From: a virus | IMG/VR virus record: IMGVR_UViG_3300035157_000753 | Span: 1-64,000 of that record | Length of the DNA: 64,000 bases | Reading direction: 5' to 3' (one strand) | Shown: positions 54,228 through 62,801 of the stretch, in pieces | Layout: each line of letters begins with the position of its first letter | How positions within the stretch are numbered: the stretch's first letter is position 1 | The notes under the pieces: generated by a model | Told to the model about the DNA's origin: nothing | Database searches by the model: none | The model's input: only the letters and a program-made list of their open reading frames with translations | Translations under genes and position numbers: made by a program

Positions 54228-54842
54228 ACCATCCATTAGTCTGGTGATGATCGGTGCTAGTCTAGTCTTGAAGAAGTCAAAATACTCATCAATGGTAAAG
54301 GGCATATTATCTTCTCCTACCCATCTAAAGAGATCAGAGACACCATACACACCCACTCCAAGAGCAACATACTCTCTTGATATTTCTACTGGTATCTCTC
54401 TCTTGACTGGTATGAAATATCCCCTTTGTACCTCAGTATTATACTTCTCTCCTAATACTTCAGCGATTTGATGTATCTTCTCATTTGATGCACGTATCTT
54501 CTCTGTATCAAAATTCACATTGCACTTACTCTCTAGGTACATATGTGATGCATACATGAGTTCAGGTATAGTAAAGAAATGATCTATCTGTCTTGTTCTA
54601 CCATTGACATCAACACGATCACTATCTTCAATTAAATTACGTGACACACTATTATCAAGATCACTAATGACTGTGTTCCAAAACTTCTCTAGTCTACCAC
54701 CTACTGTAATGGATACAGACTGTGTAGATGGACGTGATCCTAGACCACATGCTTCTAGAATGAATGATTCTGTTGCCTTTGGTTTGATACTCTCAATGAG
54801 TGGAAGCAATGTTGCTTCCAAGTATTCAGTGGATGATAACAT
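54171..54842 (-). CDS. PD-(D/E)xK nuclease, restriction-endonuclease-like (start probably MLSSTEY)
   Basis: G.RLE.FW, RQIDHFF, YLESKCN.NFDTEK catalytic-type motif. Confidence 0.6.
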   Translation of the reverse strand: MLSSTEYLEATLLPLIESIKPKATESFILEACGLGSRPSTQSVSITVGGRLEKFWNTVISDLDNSVSRNLIEDSDRVDVNGRTRQIDHFFTIPELMYASHMYLESKCNVNFDTEKIRASNEKIHQIAEVLGEKYNTEVQRGYFIPVKREIPVEISREYVALGVGVYGVSDLFRWVGEDNMPFTIDEYFDFFKTRLAPIITRLMDGVPANKPAHRVLHGSLDLL

Positions 54843-55008
54843 TGGAAAAATTGTAAGTAGGAATAGAGCGTATTCGTATAACATTATAACCTCTTTCTCT
54901 CTTGATTTCAACTATACTGAAATCCTCGTCTTTGTCGTAGTCCACAATATTGATAGTCTCTTCAGGATCAAACTGTTCGAGATGATGAATTAACTGTCGT
55001 ACTAGCAT
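54826..55008 (-). CDS. Hypothetical protein, 60 aa
   Basis: M.VRQLI..LEQFDPE...I motif common in small phage genes. Confidence 0.65.
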   Translation of the reverse strand: MLVRQLIHHLEQFDPEETINIVDYDKDEDFSIVEIKRERGYNVIRIRSIPTYNFSNVIIH

Positions 55009-55220
55009 CTTGACTGCTCATACTCTGTAACAACATCAGTAACTAACTGCTTATGAATGTAGAATAGTTTACCTAGGTCAACATCCTCTAGTTCAGTCCA
55101 CTCAGATACATAATCAGTTTGATCTAGATCAGGTGTACCATCAGTAAATGTAGGGCATGAGCAGAACTCATCCTCATCATCTAACCAGAAGTGTCTACCG
55201 AAATGCAATGAAGCGATCAT
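55002..55220 (-). CDS. Acidic hypothetical protein, 72 aa
   Basis: ORF directly downstream of an early promoter. Confidence 0.7.
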   Translation of the reverse strand: MIASLHFGRHFWLDDEDEFCSCPTFTDGTPDLDQTDYVSEWTELEDVDLGKLFYIHKQLVTDVVTEYEQSRC

Positions 55221-55241
55221 GTGAACTGTGTAACTATGATT

Positions 55242-55300
55242 ATTATAGTCTCTTTATGCAGCATCTTGCAACATAGGCAGTGCCACTCTATGAAGTGTCA
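55242..55300 (-). promoter_or_regulatory. Early promoter with palindromic element, inside the MTase 3' end
   Basis: TGACACTT-CATAGA-GTGGCACT-N7-TTGCAA-N18-TATAAT. Confidence 0.75.
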
Positions 55301-56096
55301 TATCATTCTCGTAATTGGTCACGTACATATGCTTTACTTGAGCATTGGCATGGTTCTTACCCTTGCCCCATCGTTGAGCATACTGATGAGGTTTAATCAT
55401 AATATGATAGTCCTTTAGGGCATTCATATAATAATCATCCTCAGTATGTACAAATAACCATTTGGCACTGGTATTATTCATACACTCTACTAATCGTTCA
55501 TGTAAATCCTCACCACCATCACCAGTGGTGTATCCTAAACGATTGAGATAGGGTGGATCAATGAATATCCAGTCATTCTCAAGTGCATCTTCAAATATAC
55601 TCTCAAAAGATCCATTGTTTAATTTGCATCGCTTGAGCATTTTCATGTGCTCCCAATTAAGATTGCATGAAAACTTCTTGTAATGACCAAATGGTACATT
55701 GAATTTACCATTGCTGTTGTATCTCTCCATACCAGAGAAACACAACTGCCTTACAGTAATGTAACTGACTGCCCATTTATATGGGTCACGTTCACCATCA
55801 TTAATGTAATCTCTTGATTCATAGTACTCTTTCTCTAATGCATCATGATCTAATGTTTTTAGATAGCATACGTGAGAGAATACTTCCTGGAACATGATAG
55901 GATCTTTAACCTGAGCATACATGTTCATCAAGGTAGCATTGATATCATTCAATACTGATGTTTTATTCAATGCAAATGAGACCGCAGCACCACCACAAAA
56001 GGGTTCTAATACCCTTTCAAACTGATCTGGTAGCAATTGCTTGATCAGTGGTAGTTCTTTGGTCTTACCGCCTTGATACTTGACAATAGGTTTCAT
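55254..56096 (-). CDS. DNA adenine methyltransferase, D12/Dam class
   Basis: KYQGGK, EPFCGGAAV, LNDIN, RYNSNGKFNVPFG, FIDPPY. Confidence 0.92.
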   Translation of the reverse strand: MKPIVKYQGGKTKELPLIKQLLPDQFERVLEPFCGGAAVSFALNKTSVLNDINATLMNMYAQVKDPIMFQEVFSHVCYLKTLDHDALEKEYYESRDYINDGERDPYKWAVSYITVRQLCFSGMERYNSNGKFNVPFGHYKKFSCNLNWEHMKMLKRCKLNNGSFESIFEDALENDWIFIDPPYLNRLGYTTGDGGEDLHERLVECMNNTSAKWLFVHTEDDYYMNALKDYHIMIKPHQYAQRWGKGKNHANAQVKHMYVTNYENDMTLHRVALPMLQDAA

Positions 56097-56323
56097 TTCT
56101 TACGCAGTCTCTCCACTTCATTACGTGCAGACTGCTCATTGCGACAATACTTTATTATAGCACCATTGTGGACTAAAGCCAACTTGGTCTTACTACCCAT
56201 CACTGGTATAGCATAATAACCATCTTTAGTTGCAAATCCATGTTCACAATCTTTATAGAACCTAGCAATAGATTCTAATTCCTTCTGTTCAGGTGTTTTG
56301 GTCGATTTTCTTGTTGTGCTCAT
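56093..56323 (-). CDS. Hypothetical protein, 76 aa
   Basis: GF.TKDG.YA.IP...HNG..IK.CRN..SA; start at MSTTRK. Confidence 0.7.
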   Translation of the reverse strand: MSTTRKSTKTPEQKELESIARFYKDCEHGFATKDGYYAIPVMGSKTKLALVHNGAIIKYCRNEQSARNEVERLRKK

Positions 56324-56540
56324 CCCAAGGGTGTACATAATCACGGTTTTCAATTGTGTGGATGGATAGATGAGCATCTTTGCCCCATCTATTCATTTGT
56401 CGGATCCCACCGAACCCTAATTCTAAATCTTTATCTGTCCAACCAAGTTCTTTAACTAACTCTTCTCGTATGTAAATGTGTAGTTCTCCTTCAACATACT
56501 TGTAGTCAAAATACTTGTCAATGTGTGGGTCAATTGCCAT
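56289..56540 (-). CDS. Hypothetical protein, 83 aa
   Basis: ORF with TATAAATA (56562-56569) upstream. Confidence 0.65.
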   Translation of the reverse strand: MAIDPHIDKYFDYKYVEGELHIYIREELVKELGWTDKDLELGFGGIRQMNRWGKDAHLSIHTIENRDYVHPWDEHNKKIDQNT

Positions 56541-56564
56541 AGTTATCTGTAAGCACCTCGATAT

Positions 56565-57080
56565 TTATACCAAACCTTGTTGGTAAAAATCCTCTTCTTG
56601 TGTTGATTCTGGAACTGTCACTAGATTACCAGACACCACAATTCTATCATGCAAGCATGTATGTGGGGTTACGTAATGTATGCGTTCTCCATCAAACACA
56701 TGTAAGTTACCAACTTTAGGTTTAACAACTTCAGGTGGTAACCATGGGTGTTTTATGTCAGGGAAGATAAGAGGAGAGCATTTAGGACAGGCATCCAAAT
56801 ACCACACAAAAGACCAAACAGAACCGTTATGGTTATGAGCCTCTGCGTAGTCACCTTGTCTGTAGATGCTGATCCAGAGATCCTCGACCTCCAACGTTGG
56901 ATAGATGACATTGAGTTGACCTAAGAGTTCATCGAAAATATAACAATCAGACACGTCCCAGTCAGTCAAATCTGCTTTGACTGGCGCGTCCTCCCTTCGA
57001 TATAAAGAGAGTTCCTTAATAATCTCTTTATAATTTATAGGTGGACGTACATAGAACTTGTCAATCGTTAAGTTTTGCAT
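56565..57080 (-). CDS. 2OG-Fe(II) oxygenase, TIGR02466-like
   Basis: W..IY..GDYA..HNH...SFVWY, PK.G.L.VF....HYV, RIVVSGN. Confidence 0.85.
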   Translation of the reverse strand: MQNLTIDKFYVRPPINYKEIIKELSLYRREDAPVKADLTDWDVSDCYIFDELLGQLNVIYPTLEVEDLWISIYRQGDYAEAHNHNGSVWSFVWYLDACPKCSPLIFPDIKHPWLPPEVVKPKVGNLHVFDGERIHYVTPHTCLHDRIVVSGNLVTVPESTQEEDFYQQGLV

Positions 57081-57516
57081 CCTGATACTCTTTAAAGAAG
57101 ACTGATTCCATCTTGTATGCATCAATCTCCCATGGTTCATCCATGTATTCTGTTTCAGGGGGTACTGGTACTCCCTTCCACTTATTTACTACTCTACTAT
57201 GACGTGTAGAGAAACGTTGTACATGTGTACCACGTAATCTTTGTTCTACATGACGTAGTTCATGGAATAGAGTAGTTAAATACTGCTCTTTGTTGTCTAA
57301 TCGGTTCTCCAACTCGATCTCAAAGTAACGTGGACGTGATAACTCATCAATTGATAAGCATGTTCCATCATTACCCTGATGCCACAACCGTTTGTCTACA
57401 ATATGGACAAACGTGTTGAAGCGATTGAGTTTACGATGCTTGAAGAACCACTCGATTGCAGCGCGAGCGATCCGCTTGCGATTACGATACCCACCAAACG
57501 TGACATAACAAGACAT
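57061..57516 (-). CDS. HExxH zinc-metallopeptidase-like protein
   Basis: TLFHELRHVEQ...Y..PWEIDAY. Confidence 0.8.
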   Translation of the reverse strand: MSCYVTFGGYRNRKRIARAAIEWFFKHRKLNRFNTFVHIVDKRLWHQGNDGTCLSIDELSRPRYFEIELENRLDNKEQYLTTLFHELRHVEQRLRGTHVQRFSTRHSRVVNKWKGVPVPPETEYMDEPWEIDAYKMESVFFKEYQDAKLND

Positions 57517-57586
57517 GACCAATGAAGAAAGTAAATGAATGAGGAAATAAAGACTAGTTTTTCAAGTCCAGACATATCTTTTGCGT

Positions 57587-57781
57587 TCATGTAACCAACC
57601 TCCCTAACCTATCAAACTCTTTATCAAGAACTGGCACATATAATATGCCATCATCCTTTAACATAGAGAGTGTGTCCATAAACCATTTGTTGTTAGCAAT
57701 GTGCTGATCTAATGGTAAATTAGAGAAGTAAGTCTGTGACCAATTCGAGAAGAATGGTGAATCAGCGTAAGTTAATTTCAT
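57587..57781 (-). CDS. Hypothetical protein, 64 aa
   Basis: ORF track; coupled. Confidence 0.65.
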   Translation of the reverse strand: MKLTYADSPFFSNWSQTYFSNLPLDQHIANNKWFMDTLSMLKDDGILYVPVLDKEFDRLGRLVT

Positions 57782-58008
57782 TCTTGTATCTCATCTAAAC
57801 GTAGACCACGATAACCTGATGCTGGTGCATCAAGTTCGTCCAAAGCTCGACCTAGTTCTTTGGTAAGGTGCTTTTCTAACTGTATATCATCAACATTATG
57901 TCTTACTGCGATCTGGTTTCCTATGGTTGGGTCTGTAGACCACATAAGATCAATAAGATACTTGATCTGTTGTGTGTCCAGTTCAACCATCGTTACTACG
58001 CTGTCCAT
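57778..58008 (-). CDS. Hypothetical protein, 76 aa (start MDSVVTM)
   Basis: The track ATG at 58038 abuts the -10 box; the internal ATG has a GGAG SD. Confidence 0.6.
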   Translation of the reverse strand: MDSVVTMVELDTQQIKYLIDLMWSTDPTIGNQIAVRHNVDDIQLEKHLTKELGRALDELDAPASGYRGLRLDEIQE

Positions 58009-58028
58009 TTCTGGTTGCTCCGTGATGA

Positions 58029-58988
58029 TTACTTCCATAGTATATCAGGTAATTGAGTTGGAATGCTATCAATACGGTCAGTTTGCAAACTGGCATAGTC
58101 CTTATTGAGTTCACACCCAATATAGTGTCTATTATGTTTCTTGGCAACCATGGCAGTGGTTCCTGATCCCATAAAAGGATCCAGAATCACATCACCCTCG
58201 TTGCTCCCTGCCAAGATACATGGTTCAATGAGGTCTGGGGGGAACACTGCGAAATGTGCTCCTTTGTATGGTTTATTCGTAACTGACCATACACTACGCT
58301 TATTTTTCTTCTCGTAAGACTTGGTGAGACCACTATGTGGCTGTAACCCTGTCCCTTCATTATGATACTTCCCTTCAGTTCTATTTCTCGTTCCCCAGTC
58401 TTGCTTGACTGGTTCTTTGATTGCTTCATTGTCATATTTGTAATTCTTGCTCTTGCTTAGTAGAAAAATGTATTCATGCGACTTAGTACATCTATCACGA
58501 ACACTCTCAGGCATGGGGTTAGGCTTGTGCCAGATTATATCCTGTCTCAACCACCACCCATCAGCACGTAGTGCAAATGCTAACATCCATGGTATACCGA
58601 TTAGATCCTTACTCTTAAGTCCTTCTAGTCTATTTCCTCTTACTGGTGTATTCTGAGGTAGATCTTGTCTGGTCTTAGCAACTGTCTGTTTAGGATAGTT
58701 ACCATCACTTCTGTAATTATAGTATGTGTCACCTATGTTAACCCACAACGTACCATCCTCTGCAAGTACATCACGCACTAATGAGAATACCTTAACCATT
58801 TCAGCAATGTATTCTTCTGGTGATTGCTCCATACCTATCTGCTCCTCCTTACCACCATAGTCCCTTAGACCATAGTAAGGTGGTGATGTTACACACATCT
58901 GTGGTTTTTCCGCAATACCAGTTGTAATCTGTGCTTTCAGTGTGCCTAGTGTCTTACGACAGTCACCAAATAATACTGTGTCTCTCAT
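58029..58988 (-). CDS. N4-C/N6-A DNA methyltransferase, beta class
   Basis: VTSPPYY, IIWHKPNPMPES, HEYIFLL, HFAVFP, ILDPFMGSGTT. Confidence 0.93.
   Translation of the reverse strand: MRDTVLFGDCRKTLGTLKAQITTGIAEKPQMCVTSPPYYGLRDYGGKEEQIGMEQSPEEYIAEMVKVFSLVRDVLAEDGTLWVNIGDTYYNYRSDGNYPKQTVAKTRQDLPQNTPVRGNRLEGLKSKDLIGIPWMLAFALRADGWWLRQDIIWHKPNPMPESVRDRCTKSHEYIFLLSKSKNYKYDNEAIKEPVKQDWGTRNRTEGKYHNEGTGLQPHSGLTKSYEKKNKRSVWSVTNKPYKGAHFAVFPPDLIEPCILAGSNEGDVILDPFMGSGTTAMVAKKHNRHYIGCELNKDYASLQTDRIDSIPTQLPDILWK
58039..58096 (-). promoter_or_regulatory. Early promoter with palindromic element, inside the MTase 3' end
   Basis: ATGCCAGTT-TGCA-AACTGACCGT-N29-TATACT, with TGn extension. Confidence 0.65.
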
Positions 58989-59156
58989 CTAATTGTCCCA
59001 ATGCCGAATGACACCACTAATAATAAAGCAATTAGTGACAAGGTAAGTAGCAAATATGATGCTACGGACAATAATAATCGCATTGTCGTATCGTTTTGTG
59101 GTTTCGTCATTAAATGATCCTAGTGAATACTTCCATACTCTAATAAATCTCCTCAT
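58989..59156 (-). CDS. Small membrane protein, 55 aa (not in ORF track)
   Basis: MRRFIRVWKYSLGSFND.TT..YDN...IVRSIIFATYLVTNCFIISGVIRHW. Confidence 0.75.
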   Translation of the reverse strand: MRRFIRVWKYSLGSFNDETTKRYDNAIIIVRSIIFATYLVTNCFIISGVIRHWDN

Positions 59157-59257
59157 TTCCTTTTATTCCTTTTCTTCTTAGTAGGTTTAAAAGCACCGAG
59201 GGATCTGAGTAAGAACAGTGTGAGTACTGTCCAAAAAATTACATACCAACCATTCAT
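59153..59257 (-). CDS. Single-TM peptide, 34 aa
   Basis: MNGWYVIFWTVLTLFLLRSLGAFKPTKKKRNKRK. Confidence 0.6.
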   Translation of the reverse strand: MNGWYVIFWTVLTLFLLRSLGAFKPTKKKRNKRK

Positions 59258-59258
59258 T

Positions 59259-59879
59259 TCATGCAAAGTTTAAAGCTATGGTAATACGCTCCCCATCAAA
59301 TGTTGACGGTGGAACTGAGTGTTGCAAGTTAGATCTGAAGATAACAACAGCTTTCTCTTGCGGTGGTGCAATCAATACATCCTGATTTAATGGTGTTGGT
59401 TGCACTTTATTCTTAGGTGGTAGCATACTTCCCATATCAGGACGCTTAAAGTATGTACCAGCAGCACCTTTAGGTACTTTCACATAATATATTGCGGAGA
59501 ATATGTTATATGGGTGCATGTGGAACTCTTGATACTTACCACTCTGATATACATTATACCATGATTCTGTGCATTCGTAAACCTCATCCGAACCATAGTG
59601 TCTAGCGAAGTCATTTACACACTCAGTTACCTTATTAATGAGCGTAGTGAATTCCAAATATTCCGTAAGGTCAGTAAGGTGAAAGCAATTGTCTGGTGAT
59701 GATGCACCACTCAACCAACTCTCAGTGTTACCTTTCTTGAATACTTTACGCAATTCATGTACTTTACTAGATATTACCGCATTCTCTTTATCAGTCAATA
59801 GATTAGTTGCCGCATATAATCCCACTGGGAACACATGCGTCACATTATTATTAACTTGGTGTACGTTTATATTACTCAT
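59259..59879 (-). CDS. 2OG-Fe(II) oxygenase, TIGR02466-like
   Basis: SWYNVY..G.YQEFHMHP..FSAIYY, VIF.S.L.HSV, RITIALN. Confidence 0.88.
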   Translation of the reverse strand: MSNINVHQVNNNVTHVFPVGLYAATNLLTDKENAVISSKVHELRKVFKKGNTESWLSGASSPDNCFHLTDLTEYLEFTTLINKVTECVNDFARHYGSDEVYECTESWYNVYQSGKYQEFHMHPYNIFSAIYYVKVPKGAAGTYFKRPDMGSMLPPKNKVQPTPLNQDVLIAPPQEKAVVIFRSNLQHSVPPSTFDGERITIALNFA

Positions 59880-60135
59880 CTAAGTCAGGCAACTTCTTTT
59901 CAACCCAATGATCCGTGTTATCAATACCAGCAGCAGTAACATAGCGCATAATATGCTCATCTATTTGATGATAGATTGGATGTAGATCCAAGTCCATATT
60001 AATATCATGTGCTATCTGTGATACTTGATCTGCTGAGAAGCAATGATCAGGATGTAATAGATCACAACACGGAATTCTTTTCTCTATTAGTTCGTTGAGA
60101 TTAATCCTAATCTCATAGTCTCTGTATACAGGCAT
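59872..60135 (-). CDS. Hypothetical protein, 87 aa
   Basis: ORF track; His/Cys-containing. Confidence 0.7.
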   Translation of the reverse strand: MPVYRDYEIRINLNELIEKRIPCCDLLHPDHCFSADQVSQIAHDINMDLDLHPIYHQIDEHIMRYVTAAGIDNTDHWVEKKLPDLDE

Positions 60136-60151
60136 AGTATTAAAGGGTTCT

Positions 60152-60183
60152 AAAAGGGGTCTAGGAGACCCCTCAAGGGGTCT
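60152..60183 (-). terminator. Hairpin/terminator with two overlapping alternative stems
   Basis: AGACCCCT can pair with either flanking AGGGGTCT. Confidence 0.55.
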
Positions 60184-60505
60184 ATCTAAGATAAAGGTAT
60201 GATCCCGCCCAGTCTGCTCTAGTTAGGCATTGGGCATAAGATGAATCATCTAAAAGGTTGTAGCGCACATGCTTTGCAGGTTTTGCCCATGATGCTGGTT
60301 TGTACACATCACCAGTCTTTCTATCTATGAAAGCATGTACTGATGACTGGTTATCATCCGCAGTAATCTTAATGTACTTGCGTCCTTCTTTGATGTTGAA
60401 CACGGTACCAGAGTTAGGATACTTACTGTTTACATCCTCTTGAAGGATTTGTCCAAGCTTATGCGCTCTTTCGTAAACTGTGTCAACAAATAGTGCTTTA
60501 GTCAT
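60182..60505 (-). CDS. Conserved T4-like phage early protein, 107 aa
   Basis: GRKYIKI...SVHAFID.KTGDVYKPASW.KPAK.VRY. Confidence 0.8.
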   Translation of the reverse strand: MTKALFVDTVYERAHKLGQILQEDVNSKYPNSGTVFNIKEGRKYIKITADDNQSSVHAFIDRKTGDVYKPASWAKPAKHVRYNLLDDSSYAQCLTRADWAGSYLYLR

Positions 60506-60528
60506 GGGGTTCCTTGATTGATATACTT

Positions 60529-60585
60529 AGTATAGTACATCATGGTGCGGATGGAAGACAATATGTGACACTCATTTAAGTGTCC
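60529..60585 (-). promoter_or_regulatory. Early promoter with palindromic element
   Basis: GGACACTT-AAATG-AGTGTCACA-N29-TATACT. Confidence 0.75.
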
Positions 60586-60920
60586 TCATCCTCCCAATCC
60601 TCATCCCAGTCTATGCTATCATCAGCATCTTCCCAGAATTGCTCATAACACTCCGCATCCTCCTCATCAAACATAGAGAGATGGTGGTTCAATATTATCT
60701 TACCTTCTAAGGATCCAACACTTATAGTACTATCTCCGTCATTGATACAGAACCCACGCATCAACCAACGTGTTAGTTCATGCTCTGGATATGCTTCCAT
60801 CATGAGATCAACCAACTCCTCGAACTGTTCGCGTGGAAGATGCTTGTATTCAGTCCATGGATGACCTACGTTCTCCTGCCAACACGGAGTATTTCCATCA
60901 CGAAGTTCAAGCACGATCAA
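60576..60920 (-). CDS. Acidic hypothetical protein, 114 aa
   Basis: ORF track; D/E-rich tail. Confidence 0.7.
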   Translation of the reverse strand: MIVLELRDGNTPCWQENVGHPWTEYKHLPREQFEELVDLMMEAYPEHELTRWLMRGFCINDGDSTISVGSLEGKIILNHHLSMFDEEDAECYEQFWEDADDSIDWDEDWEDEDT

Positions 60921-61575
60921 ACACCTCTATTCTACCGCTTATCCACTGATGAGCATAGTTAATTAGTTCATCCTCTAGCACCATAGGTTCATTCATAAAC
61001 TCAATGAGATATCCTGGTTTCTCAAATTGTAGCACATCAAAATCATTTATGACACGTCTAGGACATCCCATGGGTAATTCTATACTACCATACATAGCAT
61101 CCTCCGTAGCAACCAGTATAGAATCAGGTCGCATGGGCATGAAGTGCGTTTCTTTATCTACCTTATGTACTTCTCTACGTAAATTTGGTATGTGGTCTGC
61201 GTCTGGATCCCATCCAACACAAATGGCACCGCAATTATTTGTCAGTGCCGTAAACCTAGTGATACCAGACACTCTCATTGATGTATGAGATCCTGGTTTA
61301 TAACGTAGATACTGCGGATATGTAGCAGTTTCGCTCATCCATACACCATCAGTGAACAGTAAGCATCTACTATGTAAGTAAAATCTTGTAAGGAATTCCC
61401 AAGGATACTTTGAAGTATCAAACATCTGCTTGATCATGTCAACATGATGTTCTTTAACATATACTTTGTGCTCTTCAGGATCATCTCCGAAGAACTTAAA
61501 AGCTTGCTGGCATCCTTTATGATATAGTACGGTGAGGTTCTCGAAAGTATCCCTCACTGTGATCGCTGGCATCAT
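60907..61575 (-). CDS. Hypothetical protein, 222 aa (paralogue of the next gene)
   Basis: Shares spaced motifs with 61572..62291. Confidence 0.75.
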   Translation of the reverse strand: MMPAITVRDTFENLTVLYHKGCQQAFKFFGDDPEEHKVYVKEHHVDMIKQMFDTSKYPWEFLTRFYLHSRCLLFTDGVWMSETATYPQYLRYKPGSHTSMRVSGITRFTALTNNCGAICVGWDPDADHIPNLRREVHKVDKETHFMPMRPDSILVATEDAMYGSIELPMGCPRRVINDFDVLQFEKPGYLIEFMNEPMVLEDELINYAHQWISGRIEVFDRA

Positions 61576-62291
61576 CTATCTACAATTTCAATAAGACCAT
61601 CTTCGATTTGTTGTAACCATGTCCTACCAAATTCAGCAACGTCTGGTTCTTCTCTTGTAAACTCTATCACTATTGTGGGTTTGTCTACTGTGATTTGAAC
61701 CATTGTTGGATCTGATATAGCAAATGGAAAGTGTTGTGCTAATTTCTGTTGATTATACCAACAGTCATGCATAGGTACTAGTATACTACCATTTCCTGCT
61801 GGTGTAAAGGCCCCATTCTTCTCATAGAAGTATACTCTTCTATTAGTGGCATGTAAATCCTCAAATCCCTGACATGAGACTACACCACCCTCCTCTTCAG
61901 ATATTAATCTTGCAAGACCTGGGAATCTAAAATGCGTGTATGCACCATTGTGATACACAAAAGATTTATGTGCGGGACGCAAACTGTCACTCTTCCATGT
62001 ACTTCCGAACATGACAGTTCTATGATGTACTTGTAATGTCTTACCGAATTCTCTTATTAAATCCTCATTCTTAGCAACGATCCCTTTCTTATTATTCTTA
62101 ATATGATCTGCAAGGACATCACTCTGTGTGAACAGAGGTATCTCTTTAAAAGGATCTGGATCGTTACCGAATATCTTTTTACCTTTACGTGCGTCTGTAG
62201 TACTAAAGACTGTTAACCCATGAGAAGTAATACTCCTACCAAAGGAGTACTGTGCTATCCTTGAGTCCTGAGTTTCTGCAAATTGATACAT
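61572..62291 (-). CDS. Hypothetical protein, 239 aa
   Basis: ORF track; SD upstream. Confidence 0.75.
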   Translation of the reverse strand: MYQFAETQDSRIAQYSFGRSITSHGLTVFSTTDARKGKKIFGNDPDPFKEIPLFTQSDVLADHIKNNKKGIVAKNEDLIREFGKTLQVHHRTVMFGSTWKSDSLRPAHKSFVYHNGAYTHFRFPGLARLISEEEGGVVSCQGFEDLHATNRRVYFYEKNGAFTPAGNGSILVPMHDCWYNQQKLAQHFPFAISDPTMVQITVDKPTIVIEFTREEPDVAEFGRTWLQQIEDGLIEIVDR

Positions 62292-62294
62292 TGC

Positions 62295-62801
62295 CTACTC
62301 CTCAGTTGCGGCATCTTCTTCTGCTAGTGCTTGTGTAAGTGCTTCAAACTGAAGGTCGAAGTCATCTTCATTATAAACATTAACAACTTGGGTTGTGTTT
62401 ATTGCACCAACAACAGGATCAACATGAGTAGAATCTGCTCTTGCTACTGCTTCTCTATGGCGCATCAAATCTTCCATAGGAACTACTTGTTCCGTATCAA
62501 TAATATTATTGAGAGCAATAAGAGTACCAGACATATCACACTCTTCTAATTGATTGTTCTTAACTGCCTGATATACTGCTTCAGCAATCTGAAATCTTAA
62601 TGGTTCCTTATCTTCAGGTTCTAATGAATCTAGATCCATAGGAATAGGTCCATACCATTCATCATTCTTCAATGTCCCATCATTATAGAACACCTCAAAT
62701 GTATTGTCTTCTGGATTGAAGTTAGTTGCTTTATAAGTTGGAGCTACATCAGCGTCCAATCTAAATTGTACGTCGATGTTCTCGACATTTGTTGTAGTCA
62801 T
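62295..62801 (-). CDS. Acidic hypothetical protein, 168 aa, possibly a fibre chaperone
   Basis: Translationally coupled to the adhesin gene. Confidence 0.7.
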   Translation of the reverse strand: MTTTNVENIDVQFRLDADVAPTYKATNFNPEDNTFEVFYNDGTLKNDEWYGPIPMDLDSLEPEDKEPLRFQIAEAVYQAVKNNQLEECDMSGTLIALNNIIDTEQVVPMEDLMRHREAVARADSTHVDPVVGAINTTQVVNVYNEDDFDLQFEALTQALAEEDAATEE

